64,000 bases of DNA from Candidatus Zixiibacteriota bacterium. GTDB lineage: Bacteria > Zixibacteria > MSB-5A5 > UBA10806 > 4484-95. This document shows positions 8,757-18,595 of this stretch, one piece after another (position 1 is the stretch's first letter; the number at the start of each line of letters is the position of its first letter). The notes beneath the pieces were generated by a model that was not told where the DNA came from, did not search any database, and worked only from the letters and a program-made list of their open reading frames with translations. A program made the translations under genes and the position numbers. The DNA lies in assembly GCA_037441845.1 (NCBI GenBank), contig JBBIRK010000004.1, positions 159,074 to 223,073 of the forward strand, written 5' to 3'.

Positions 8757-10142
8757 ATGAAGTTTCATAAATTAGCGAAAGCGATATATTCGGTTATCAT
8801 CGTTTTATTGCCGGCGGCCGGATTTTACGGTTGCGGCTCGGAAAATTCCCCGACCACGCCGACCGTTACGAATCATGCCGTCTATATTCTGGTTCCATAT
8901 CCTGATGAGCCGTTATTTGATTCGGTTACGGTTATCAGGGCAAGTGTCGCCGGACAGGGTATTTCCACACCGATTTCGGCCAGCCAACCGGTGAATACGA
9001 ACAGCGACTGGCTGGTCTTAGTCATGACCGTGCCCGAAGGCACATCCCGAATGTTCGCGGTGTATGGTCTCAGCCGGCAAGGCGAGGAATTGTATAGCGC
9101 ATTCGTTATCAGCGACGTGGTCGGACCGGGCAATACGTATATTACGGCCGATCTGCAGCGGACGACATCGCAGCCTCAGCAAACGGCTTACCTGCTGATT
9201 CCTTATCCACCGGATGAGCTTTTCGAAATGGTCGATACGATCGGTGTATTCATTACCGGCGACAGTATAGAAACGCCCCTTCTTTACAGCCAGGCGGTTG
9301 CGGCCGATCGAAACTACTCTTTTTTCGCTCTTCTCATTCCTGAAGGGACGAGGGGATTTCTCGATATTTTCGGTACGGACCAGTCTGGCCGGTGGCTGTA
9401 TCGGGCGCTAATGGCAGTGAATTTTCCGGATACAGGTGATGCTTTCCTGACCTCGAGTTTGCCCCAAATCGGATATTGCACTCCCGGTCGGGTAAAGATT
9501 TTTCGCAATTCGATACCGTTTGGAAATTGGGCCGAGCTCGATTCCGTCTTGATAGCCGCCGGTATCTCTGAGGGGACCGGTGACGGGCGTTTCCAGGTAT
9601 ATGGTTCCGCCTATATGGGATCGTTGGCTTTGGTTCCGGGACGGGATCTGTTGATTTTTGAAGGGTGGCAAGACCTTGCTTATTACTATGATTATATGTC
9701 GGCCAGGGAAGAGATCGAGGCTTTTATCGACTCCGGAGGCGTTGCGCTGTATATGGCCAACGAGGGTCAATCGCATGGGGGATATTATAGTCAAACCGAT
9801 ATGCGCTTTCCCGAAGATGTTACATTTGTCGATGAATTGGACAACATAAATTTACTGGCCCTTCCGGCGCACGATATCGTGGCCAATCTTCCCGATACCC
9901 TCACCGGCTTTTCCGCCTCGCATGGAGCATTAGCGAATCTGCCTACCGGAGCCGCCGTTCTATTAACCGATTCGGGCGATCGACCGACATTGATCGTATT
10001 CGCTAAGGGTCGAGGGTTGGTGATGATGTCGACCCATCCGCTCGAATATCTTTATCATCATCGTAACGAATACACCTGCGGATCACTTCTATCTCGAATC
10101 GTCAGATTTTTAATCGGCATGGATCCGACGCCTAATCCTTAG
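8757..10142 (+). CDS. Lipoprotein of unknown function with two tandem ~100-aa repeats
   Basis: AAGGAGG RBS; hydrophobic signal with lipobox-like FYGC (Cys26); internal repeat YILVPYP...VPEGT / YLLIPYP...IPEGT. Confidence 0.75.
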   Translation: MKFHKLAKAIYSVIIVLLPAAGFYGCGSENSPTTPTVTNHAVYILVPYPDEPLFDSVTVIRASVAGQGISTPISASQPVNTNSDWLVLVMTVPEGTSRMFAVYGLSRQGEELYSAFVISDVVGPGNTYITADLQRTTSQPQQTAYLLIPYPPDELFEMVDTIGVFITGDSIETPLLYSQAVAADRNYSFFALLIPEGTRGFLDIFGTDQSGRWLYRALMAVNFPDTGDAFLTSSLPQIGYCTPGRVKIFRNSIPFGNWAELDSVLIAAGISEGTGDGRFQVYGSAYMGSLALVPGRDLLIFEGWQDLAYYYDYMSAREEIEAFIDSGGVALYMANEGQSHGGYYSQTDMRFPEDVTFVDELDNINLLALPAHDIVANLPDTLTGFSASHGALANLPTGAAVLLTDSGDRPTLIVFAKGRGLVMMSTHPLEYLYHHRNEYTCGSLLSRIVRFLIGMDPTPNP

Positions 10143-10339
10143 CGGGTGAATTAAAAAGCGGAGAATCGATTTCTCAGGAGCCGGCGTATCGATACATCGG
10201 CGGATTTTATCGGTTTGGCTTGAAATTGATCGCTTAATCTTGATTAAGGAAGTGCAAATTCGTATATAATATCAGGCAATTTAGCCGCGGTCATAATGGA
10301 CCCGACGGCTGGCAATGATATTCGAAGAAAGGGAAGTCG

Positions 10340-12136
10340 ATGTCGAACGAAAATATGATGCGCTGGGACCTCGATTCTTTATTTCCCGGAGGTTCCGCCT
10401 CGAAGGAATACGCCGAATTTTTGGATCGGATCCGCGGCAAACTGGAATCGGCCGGGGAAGCACTCGAAAAAATAAAGAATAAAAAAGATACAAGCCGTTT
10501 CGGCGATTGGAAAGCCTACGTATTGAGTTTGCAGGATTTATACGACCATATCCGACATGCAGGGGCGTTCGCCGGATGTCTCACCAGTCAGAATGTAAAC
10601 GATGAGCTTGCCCACAGCCACGAGGCGACGGTCAGCGAATTCGGAGCCAAATGGCAGGTATTGTTGACCGGGTTCGAGGAATTCGCGGTGGCAATCGACG
10701 ACCGGCAATGGCAGGAATTCGTCGCTCAGGACGAAATTGCTGAAATCAGATTTTACCTTGACGATTTAAGGGACCGCGCCCGCGCCAAGATGGCTCCCGA
10801 GATGGAAAAACTTGCGATAAATCTGGCTGTCGATGGTTATCATGCCTGGAATCGATTGTATGACAAGATGGCTGGCGACCTGAGGGTCGATTTCGAGGAG
10901 AACGGCAAGACCGAAAAAATCTCCTTGGGTCAACTTGCCAATAAGCTCGAATCGGCGGATAGAAAAATACGCGAAACCGCATTCCGCAAACTTCAAGAGG
11001 CATGGGAGTCGCGGGCCGAGCTTGCAGCCATGGCGCTTAATTCGCAAGCGGGTTTTCGATTGGCTCTTTATCAAAATCGCGGATGGAAATCACACCTTTA
11101 TGAACCGCTGCGCATAGCCAGATTGAAAGAAGAAACCTTATGGGCGATGTGGTCGGCCGTCTCTAAATCGATAAATCGGTTCAAGCCCTATATAGCGGCC
11201 AAGAAACGTCTACTGGGCATTGACAGTTTCCGATGGTTCGATCAGACCGCTCCGGTTGGCAAGTTGAGCAAAAAATATTCGTATCAGGAGGCCTGCGATT
11301 TTATCGTCAGCCATCTCTCGAGCTTTTCCGAGGAAATGGGAGCATTTTCTCGTATGGCGCTTGACAAACGGTGGGTCGAATCGGAATATCGCCCAGGCAA
11401 GGCGGCCGGCGGTTTCTGCACCGGTTTCCCATTGAAAAAGGAAAGCCGCATTTTCATGACTTTCGGCGGAACGTTCGGCGGCCTATCAACGCTGGCACAT
11501 GAACTGGGACATGCTTATCATTCGTTTGTTCTCAAAGACAAGCCGTCTTTCGCCTCCCGCTATCCGATGACTCTCGCCGAAACCGCCTCGACGTTCAACG
11601 AGCTGCGTGTAACCGATGCCGCTCTTGAATCTTCGGACGATCCAGAGGAAAAAATCATGCTGCTCGATCAAAAAATCGCCAATGGTTTCGTGATGCTCTG
11701 TAATATACGGGCCAGGTTCATTTTCGATGATACGTTCTACACCGAGAGAAAAAAAGGATTCGTGCCCAGAAGCAGATTGGACAAAATGATGATCGATGCG
11801 CAGAAGCAGGCCTACGGAGAATTGATCGAAGACGAAGGATGGCATCCATTGTTCTGGGCGTCGAAACTGCACTTTTTCATCACCGCGATGCCGTTCTATA
11901 ATTTCCCTTATACGTTCGGATTCCTGTTCGCCAATGGTGTTTACGATCGGGCGCTTAAAGAGGGAAAATCTTTCGCCAAGAGATATAGGGCATTACTTGA
12001 AGATACAGGGTCGATGACCAACGAGGAAATAGCCCGAAAACATCTTGGTGAAGACCTCACGCACGAGGATTTTTGGCGCGCATCGATAGACCGGGTGATG
12101 GCTGATATTGAGCCGTTTGTTAAAATGGCAGGTTGA
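10340..12136 (+). CDS. pepF: M3B-family oligoendopeptidase F
   Basis: WDLDSLF N-terminus, GKAAGGFC, HELGH zinc motif, LAETAS, FYNFPYTFG. Confidence 0.93.
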   Translation: MSNENMMRWDLDSLFPGGSASKEYAEFLDRIRGKLESAGEALEKIKNKKDTSRFGDWKAYVLSLQDLYDHIRHAGAFAGCLTSQNVNDELAHSHEATVSEFGAKWQVLLTGFEEFAVAIDDRQWQEFVAQDEIAEIRFYLDDLRDRARAKMAPEMEKLAINLAVDGYHAWNRLYDKMAGDLRVDFEENGKTEKISLGQLANKLESADRKIRETAFRKLQEAWESRAELAAMALNSQAGFRLALYQNRGWKSHLYEPLRIARLKEETLWAMWSAVSKSINRFKPYIAAKKRLLGIDSFRWFDQTAPVGKLSKKYSYQEACDFIVSHLSSFSEEMGAFSRMALDKRWVESEYRPGKAAGGFCTGFPLKKESRIFMTFGGTFGGLSTLAHELGHAYHSFVLKDKPSFASRYPMTLAETASTFNELRVTDAALESSDDPEEKIMLLDQKIANGFVMLCNIRARFIFDDTFYTERKKGFVPRSRLDKMMIDAQKQAYGELIEDEGWHPLFWASKLHFFITAMPFYNFPYTFGFLFANGVYDRALKEGKSFAKRYRALLEDTGSMTNEEIARKHLGEDLTHEDFWRASIDRVMADIEPFVKMAG

Positions 12137-12192
12137 ACGTGATTAACCCGCTCGGCAATATGGTTGGGGAACCAATCGGCATTGCAAAAAAA

Positions 12193-12264
12193 AGCGGGCG
12201 ATGGGGCTCGAACCCACGACGTCCAGCTTGGGAAGCTGACATTCTACCGCTGAATTACGCCCGC
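12193..12264 (-). tRNA. tRNA-Gly (anticodon CCC); CCA not encoded
   Basis: Reverse complement GCGGGCGTAATTCAGCGGTAGAATGTCAGCTTCCCAAGCTGGACGTCGTGGGTTCGAGCCCCATCGCCCGCT folds as a cloverleaf. Confidence 0.96.
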
Positions 12265-12299
12265 CAAACGGTCCGGTTTATTTTAACTGAACCGAGATA

Positions 12300-12328
12300 A
12301 AAATAGGCGGCGGCCGAGATGATGTCAA
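12300..12328 (-). promoter_or_regulatory. Promoter of tRNA-Gly
   Basis: TTGACA-N17-TATTTT on the - strand. Confidence 0.6.
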
Positions 12329-12365
12329 GCAATTCCCCCCTGAACAGGAGCCGCTTGAATTTACC

Positions 12366-13640
12366 GTGATAAACCGGCTTGATCGGCCGATATTCGATAA
12401 AAGAGAAGAGACTATTGCAAACGGCATGTCGAGAAGTATGAAGCGGATTCCAAATTTCAGGTTATCGGGATCGATTCTGCCGATGGTATTAGCGATGGTG
12501 ACGACCTGGCTTATCGCGATTCCTCAGGCGTCGGCGGAAAAATCGACTTTCAGGGTTGAAACGATAAGTCCGATCGAGGAAGGTGATACGATCCTTGCCC
12601 GGCAGCAAGCGGTGGAGGATCTGGTTCGCCAAGCGTTGTTAAAGGTGGTCGCCTCGATGGCTACGGAGAAGCAAATTGAGGAAAAATCGCCGGTGATCGA
12701 AACTGAATTGCTAAGCAAGCCATACGGATTTCTCTGGAGACTGGAAATAACGGGGGAATCTATAAGCGCGACCCCTTCGCCCGTTTTGATGATCTCGGCG
12801 GATGTAGACCTCGATTTGGCAGGAATTCGCAAAGCGCTCGCTTCGATAGGTATTTCGCAACATAGGCAAGGATTTCCGCGGCTGCTGCTGATGATCAGAC
12901 AGGTCAATATAGATGACGAGCACCGTCATGGTCAAACCGGCACAACGAATAATTCCGAGATAAAAGCGATAGAAGTCTTGACCGCCGCCGGATTTCCGAT
13001 TGCCGATGAATCGCTGTTTTTAAGATCGCTTGACGGCGATCGTCAGGCTGCCATAATGACGAAAAATATCGATACTCTATCCGCGCTTGCCAAGGAATTC
13101 GGTGCCCAACTGATCGTTCTGGGCAGTGCGATTTCGCAGAAAGCCAAATCGATAATCGCTTTGGAGGGAATGACGGCCGCGGAGGCGATAGTTAAACTAG
13201 AGGCCGTATCCCCCGCCGGCGGAGCGGTCGTTGCAAGCGCTCTTTCGAGAGTGGTTCAGACTCATATAGATATCCTGGCCGCCGGAATACTGGCGATCGA
13301 ACAAGGCTCCGCCGAGGCCGCCGAAAATTTAAGCAGGTCGTTGGCCGACTACTGGGCCACCGAACTTGAATCGAGCCATAAATTGACATTGGTGGTCAAC
13401 GGATTGAGGTCGATCGAGGATTTGCTGTCGTTCAAAAATGAGCTTCTCGGAGCCGTCGTAGAAATAAAATCCTTGGAAAAGCGAACCTACGCCGATGCCA
13501 CGGCCGCCTATGATTTGATCTCCGCGCTGCCGGTCGATTCGCTTGCGGAAAAGATATCGACCGGTTCGCTCCCGTCATTTAATGTAGTCGTCAGGTCTAA
13601 ATCCCCGCAATTTCTCGAACTTAATGTCAAACCCAAATAG
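12366..13640 (+). CDS. Exported hypothetical protein, FlgT-N-terminal-like; true start probably downstream (12426-12483)
   Basis: Signal-peptide-like segment ending ASA; ARQQAVEDLVRQAL resembles the FlgT N-terminal helix. Confidence 0.55.
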   Translation: MINRLDRPIFDKREETIANGMSRSMKRIPNFRLSGSILPMVLAMVTTWLIAIPQASAEKSTFRVETISPIEEGDTILARQQAVEDLVRQALLKVVASMATEKQIEEKSPVIETELLSKPYGFLWRLEITGESISATPSPVLMISADVDLDLAGIRKALASIGISQHRQGFPRLLLMIRQVNIDDEHRHGQTGTTNNSEIKAIEVLTAAGFPIADESLFLRSLDGDRQAAIMTKNIDTLSALAKEFGAQLIVLGSAISQKAKSIIALEGMTAAEAIVKLEAVSPAGGAVVASALSRVVQTHIDILAAGILAIEQGSAEAAENLSRSLADYWATELESSHKLTLVVNGLRSIEDLLSFKNELLGAVVEIKSLEKRTYADATAAYDLISALPVDSLAEKISTGSLPSFNVVVRSKSPQFLELNVKPK

Positions 13641-13734
13641 ACTAAGCCGTAATAATCTTCCGAATAGAGGATTTCGAGCGCCCGGAACACAGCGGGCGGT
13701 TGATTTTGCCGGCCGCTCTTAATAGCTTATAGCC

Positions 13735-14997
13735 ATGCTGGAAATAAGATCGATTGCGCGAGGATCTCCCGCCGATTGCGGCCGATTCGTTGTCGGCGAT
13801 AAACTGATTTCGCTGAACGGCCGTGAAGTGAACGATATCATAGATTATCGATACTATCAGGCGTCGGCGTCGCTGAAGATCGTGCTCAACAGAGGTAGGG
13901 AACGATTCGAATTCAAAATAAGCAAAGAGATCGATCAAGACCTGGGGCTGGAATTCAAACCGGATCGGATAATCAGGTGCCGCAATAAATGCCTGTTTTG
14001 TTTCGTGGGCAACAACGCTCGAGGGATGAGAAGATCGCTTTACTTGAAAGATGACGACTACCGGTTGTCATTTTTACATGGAAACTACATTACCCTCACC
14101 GATCTGCCGGAATCCGACCTGCGCCGCATAATTGAAATGAGATTGTCGCCTCTCTATGTTTCGGTGCATGCTACCGACGCCGAAGCAAGGGCGAAACTAT
14201 TCAACCGGACCGACCTTCCGCCGCTAATTCCGGTGTTAAGAAAGCTTGCCGATAACGGTATACGTTTGCATTGCCAAGTGGTCATCGTTCCAGGGATCAA
14301 CGATAGCGATGTGCTGGAAACCACCGCCCGGGATCTGGCGGAATTGCGCCCGGCCGTTCAGTCGTTGGCAGTGGTCCCCGTCGGGTTGACCAAATACGCA
14401 TTTTCCCGAGGCAGAAAACGTTATCCCGTGCGTTTGGTGACCTCCTCCGAAGCCGGAAAGCTTATCATGGCGATCGCCGGATTCAGGCGGAAATTCGGCG
14501 ATAGGCATAATAATTTCGCCTATGCCTCCGACGAACTTTTTCTACTTGCCGGGATACCGATTCCGAAACGTTTCTACTATGACGATTTCCCGCAGATCGA
14601 GAACGGCGTGGGCATGGTAAGACGATTCATCGACTCGATCCCTGCCGCCGCCAAAAGGCGGATCAGCGCTCTGGCGGTAACCGGACGTTCCATGTATCCT
14701 TTCTGGAAAGAAAAAATAATTCGAGGCGTCGAAAAATTCCTGAAAGTGGTTGTCGTAGACAATAGGTTCTGGGGGAAAAGCGTTACCGTGACCGGTCTGC
14801 TTGCCGGCGCCGATATTCTGGCTCGATTGCGTAAATTGAAAAATATACCGCCGGTGGTGATTCTTCCCCCGAATTGCCTCAATGATGATGACAAATTTAT
14901 CGATGATTACTCCTTTGACGACCTTTCCTCTGGCCTTGATCTTAAATTAGTTCGCGGCACCTATGATTTATCCGAAACGCTGGATATGTTGAGATGA
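13735..14997 (+). CDS. PDZ + radical-SAM-like DUF512 Fe-S protein
   Basis: N-terminal PDZ-like segment, CRNKCLFC, LYLKDDDYRLSFLHGNYITLT, QIENGVGM, VTVTGLLAG. Confidence 0.9.
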   Translation: MLEIRSIARGSPADCGRFVVGDKLISLNGREVNDIIDYRYYQASASLKIVLNRGRERFEFKISKEIDQDLGLEFKPDRIIRCRNKCLFCFVGNNARGMRRSLYLKDDDYRLSFLHGNYITLTDLPESDLRRIIEMRLSPLYVSVHATDAEARAKLFNRTDLPPLIPVLRKLADNGIRLHCQVVIVPGINDSDVLETTARDLAELRPAVQSLAVVPVGLTKYAFSRGRKRYPVRLVTSSEAGKLIMAIAGFRRKFGDRHNNFAYASDELFLLAGIPIPKRFYYDDFPQIENGVGMVRRFIDSIPAAAKRRISALAVTGRSMYPFWKEKIIRGVEKFLKVVVVDNRFWGKSVTVTGLLAGADILARLRKLKNIPPVVILPPNCLNDDDKFIDDYSFDDLSSGLDLKLVRGTYDLSETLDMLR

Positions 14998-16307
14998 GTC
15001 GTCCAATAGTAGCCATAGTCGGCCGGCCGAACGTCGGCAAATCGACCCTTTTCAATCGATTGATCAAGCGCAGAAAAGCGATAGTCGATGACCGCCCGGG
15101 GGTAACCAGAGATCGCATTTACGCCGTTTGCACCTGGAACGGGCGCGAATTTCTGCTTGTAGATACCGGTGGATTCGAACCCGATCCGAAAGATGATATA
15201 ATCGCTCAAGTATCGGCCCAGGTCAGGGTGGCGATCGACCAGGCCGATGTTGTATTATTTGTCCTCGATGGCATAACCGGGATACAAACCGAAGACGAGG
15301 CGATCGCCAGGATATTGAAGCATTCGAATAAAAAGGTTCTGGTTGCAGCCAATAAGATAGACAACGAGCGGCAGGAGTTCGAAAGCGTCGATTTCGGCAA
15401 GCTCGGATTCAAGCAAGTATTTCCGATTTCTGCGGCTAACGGCCGCCAGGTGGGGGAACTGCTCGATGCAATCGTGAATTTCTGCCCGGAAGAAAAGGCG
15501 CCCTTAACCGTATCCGAAACCACGAAAGTAGCTATCGTCGGACGTCCCAACGTCGGCAAATCTTCGCTTTTCAACGCTATTCTCGGGGAAAACAGACAAA
15601 TCGTTTCCGAAATTCCCGGAACCACGCGCGACAGCGTCGACAGCGAGATAACGCTCGACGGGAAAAATTATATCTTCGTCGATACCGCCGGGTTGAGAAA
15701 TAAATCTATATACCCTGACATGATAGAATATTATACTTCGTTGCGAAGCCTGAAAGCCATAGAAAGGTCCGATTTGGTCTTGGCGGTCCTGAGCTGTCCC
15801 GAAGGAATAACCACCGGTGATGTTAGGATCGCAGGCGGCGCCGCCGAACAAGGCAAGGGGCTGATTTTTATCGCCAATAAGTGGGATCTGGTAAGCGGTG
15901 TTAGACAAGAGGACTTCACGAAAGCGGTCGCGGCCAAAGCCCCGAGATTGAAATTCGCCCCCATTGTTTTCACCGTGGCCCGAACCGGCGCCGGCATGGA
16001 CCGCATCATTAAGGCGATCATGGCGGTTGAAGAGCAAATAAAACGACGAATCCAAACGTTCGAGCTTAACGAATTTTTGAAGGAAGCGGTCGCTCGACGC
16101 CATCCGCCGGCGGTGAGAGGAAAATTAATCCGATTTTACTATATGACCCAGCCGGAAGTTTCGCCGCCCACTTTCGTGCTATTTTGCAATCATCCCGAAT
16201 TCATTCAGCCGGATTACGAAAGATTTCTCGAAAACAGATTGAGAGAGAGATTCGGGTTCGAGGGTACTCCGCTTAAATTGATTTTCAAATCCAGGAGAAA
16301 AAATTGA
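14994..16307 (+). CDS. der: Ribosome biogenesis GTPase Der
   Basis: Two GRPNVGKS G-domains, DTGG/DTAG, NKxD, C-terminal KH-like domain. Confidence 0.97.
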   Translation: MSRPIVAIVGRPNVGKSTLFNRLIKRRKAIVDDRPGVTRDRIYAVCTWNGREFLLVDTGGFEPDPKDDIIAQVSAQVRVAIDQADVVLFVLDGITGIQTEDEAIARILKHSNKKVLVAANKIDNERQEFESVDFGKLGFKQVFPISAANGRQVGELLDAIVNFCPEEKAPLTVSETTKVAIVGRPNVGKSSLFNAILGENRQIVSEIPGTTRDSVDSEITLDGKNYIFVDTAGLRNKSIYPDMIEYYTSLRSLKAIERSDLVLAVLSCPEGITTGDVRIAGGAAEQGKGLIFIANKWDLVSGVRQEDFTKAVAAKAPRLKFAPIVFTVARTGAGMDRIIKAIMAVEEQIKRRIQTFELNEFLKEAVARRHPPAVRGKLIRFYYMTQPEVSPPTFVLFCNHPEFIQPDYERFLENRLRERFGFEGTPLKLIFKSRRKN

Positions 16308-16942
16308 TTACATTGTTGGCGATAATCGTCTTCTCGTATCTTGTCGGTTCCCTGCCCACCGGATATATTTTCGCGAAATTTTTCAAACGGATCGACATCC
16401 GAACCATCGGATCCGGATCGACCGGCGCCACCAACACGATGAGGCTCTTGGGACCCAAAATAGCGGCGATCGTCTTGCTGATAGATGTATTCAAAGGGCT
16501 GTTCGCCACGATGCTGATAAGCAGGATCAATCTGGGGGACCTGGCTATGAATCAGTCTTGGCTGATGATGATAGCGGGACTGGCTGCAATCATTGGTCAT
16601 ATATTCCCGATATGGATCGGTTTCAAAGGCGGCAAAGGAATAGGCACCGCCGCCGGAATGTTATTGGGGATGCTTCCATTGGAGACGGCTTTCGCGCTGG
16701 CCGTTTTTATCGTTACGGCCGCGTCGACCAAATACATATCGCTCGGCTCGATAGTCGCATCCATATTCATATCCGTTGCCTTGATCGCTGAGCGGCTGGT
16801 TTTTGAGGATTTTATCGAACCGGCTCAAATATCGCTTGGTGTCGTCCTCACGATTCTGGTTTTGGTGACGCACCGCCAGAATATAGGAAGGCTGTTGAAA
16901 GGAACGGAGAATAAATTCAGTTTCAAGAAGAAAAAGAGCTGA
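16304..16942 (+). CDS. plsY: Glycerol-3-phosphate acyltransferase PlsY
   Basis: YLVGSLP, GSGSTGATN, GHIFP, FKGGKG, HRQNI. Confidence 0.95.
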   Translation: MITLLAIIVFSYLVGSLPTGYIFAKFFKRIDIRTIGSGSTGATNTMRLLGPKIAAIVLLIDVFKGLFATMLISRINLGDLAMNQSWLMMIAGLAAIIGHIFPIWIGFKGGKGIGTAAGMLLGMLPLETAFALAVFIVTAASTKYISLGSIVASIFISVALIAERLVFEDFIEPAQISLGVVLTILVLVTHRQNIGRLLKGTENKFSFKKKKS

Positions 16943-16965
16943 TTTCGAATGCAAAAGGCTAAAAT

Positions 16966-17970
16966 ATGGTGATAACGATTCTGGGTGCGGGAAGTTGGGG
17001 AATCGCTCTTTCGACCCTGTTGCGTTATAACGGCCATTCGATTCTCCTTTGGGAATTCGACGCCGAGGTGTGTCGAAAGCTGAATAGGGAGCGGACGCTT
17101 CCGGAAAAATTGCCCGGTATCATTATTCCCGAGGATGTTTCGATCACTGACGATCTGGCTGCGGTCGGTCGGTCCGAAATAATTGTGCTGGCTCTACCAT
17201 CCCATACGATAAGGCATGTCGCAGGCAAGATGGCTGGTCTTCTCGGGCCCGATGTCGCGGCGATTGTCAATGTTTCTAAGGGCATAGAAAACAATACATT
17301 ACTACGGGTTTCTGAAGTATTGCGTCAAGTGCTTCCTCAGCGATTCCATGCTAAAATCTCTACTCTCTCCGGTCCCTCCCATGCCGAGGAAGTCGCCCGA
17401 GATGTCCCGACGACCGTAGTTGTGGCCTCGGTAGTTCCGGCCGTATCCGAATTGGTGCAGAAAGCTTTTTCGACACGCAATTTCAGAATCTATTCATCAG
17501 ATGACCTAATCGGGGTCGAGCTTGGCGGATCATTGAAAAACGTGATCGCCATCGCCGCAGGCATCCTGCAAGGATTAGGGATGGGTGATAACACAATGGG
17601 AGCCCTGCTGACCAGAGGGCTGGCGGAAATGGTCCGGTTGGGCCGGAAACTGGGAGCGGATCCAATGACTTTCGCCGGTCTGTCGGGAATCGGGGATCTG
17701 ATCACGACCTGTTTCAGCAGTCACAGCAGGAACCGTTATGTGGGCGAACAACTCGGCAAAGGGCGCAAATTGCCGGAAATTTTGGCGAATATGAGCATGG
17801 TCGCCGAGGGGGTAAAGACGACCGCCTCGGCCTACGCGCTCTCCCAAAGGCATCAAGTCGAGATGCCGATCACCGCCGCAGTTTATAAAATCCTTTTTGA
17901 AAACATGCCGCCCGAACAAGCAATCGCAAATCTTATGACCAGAGCTCTCAAACCGGAAATCTGGAGCTGA
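16966..17970 (+). CDS. gpsA: NAD(P)H-dependent glycerol-3-phosphate dehydrogenase
   Basis: GAGSWG, LSGPSHAEEV, GGSLKNVIA, GIGDLITTC, SRN. Confidence 0.96.
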   Translation: MVITILGAGSWGIALSTLLRYNGHSILLWEFDAEVCRKLNRERTLPEKLPGIIIPEDVSITDDLAAVGRSEIIVLALPSHTIRHVAGKMAGLLGPDVAAIVNVSKGIENNTLLRVSEVLRQVLPQRFHAKISTLSGPSHAEEVARDVPTTVVVASVVPAVSELVQKAFSTRNFRIYSSDDLIGVELGGSLKNVIAIAAGILQGLGMGDNTMGALLTRGLAEMVRLGRKLGADPMTFAGLSGIGDLITTCFSSHSRNRYVGEQLGKGRKLPEILANMSMVAEGVKTTASAYALSQRHQVEMPITAAVYKILFENMPPEQAIANLMTRALKPEIWS

Positions 17971-18118
17971 CGTCAATAATAATCATACGGTACGAATTAC
18001 AGGCGGAAACCGGCCTGATGCCGGAACCTCTCCGCACGACAATCCATAAAAAGCTTGCATGATCGGATCGTCGGTTCTATTATTAAACGCCCAAACTCGA
18101 TCAAAGGCGAGGTAGATA

Positions 18119-18352
18119 TTGAGCGGCAAATTCAATTTTGAGCGGGCTATGGAAAGGCTCGAGCAGATCGTCAATGACCTCGAATCGGGTAAGTTGTCCC
18201 TGGATGAATCGCTGAAAGTTTTCGAGGAGGGAGTCGAACTTTCCAAAAAGTGCTATAAAAAACTCAGCGAGGCCGAAGCCAGCGTCAAGCAGCTCGTGAA
18301 AAACGAATCGGGGGAATTTGAACTTAAACTTTTCGAGGATGCCGAAGAATAA
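18119..18352 (+). CDS. xseB: Exodeoxyribonuclease VII small subunit
   Basis: FERAMERLEQIVNDLESGKLSLDESLKVFEEG; GAGG RBS, TTG start. Confidence 0.93.
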   Translation: MSGKFNFERAMERLEQIVNDLESGKLSLDESLKVFEEGVELSKKCYKKLSEAEASVKQLVKNESGEFELKLFEDAEE

Positions 18353-18595
18353 TGAAACGATTATTTTGTCCAGCTTGTCTGCTAAATGGATTCCCATCGG
18401 ATTGCGAGGATTATTCGAATCTTTCATGCTGAATAAAGACGGTTTCAATGCTTTCTGTTGAATGGGGACTATCGGCAGTGGATTTCCGACGATGGCTAAG
18501 CGGCGCATTGCGGCGCAAAGATTATTGATATCAGTCATGAAAATAAATATGATTATGAATCAAATACCGCAGGCATCACTTGAAACATTTTTGCG

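Noticed and set aside
18101..18538. 145-aa - strand ORF spanning the xseB-nadK gap
   Set aside because: Mostly antisense to xseB; no family features
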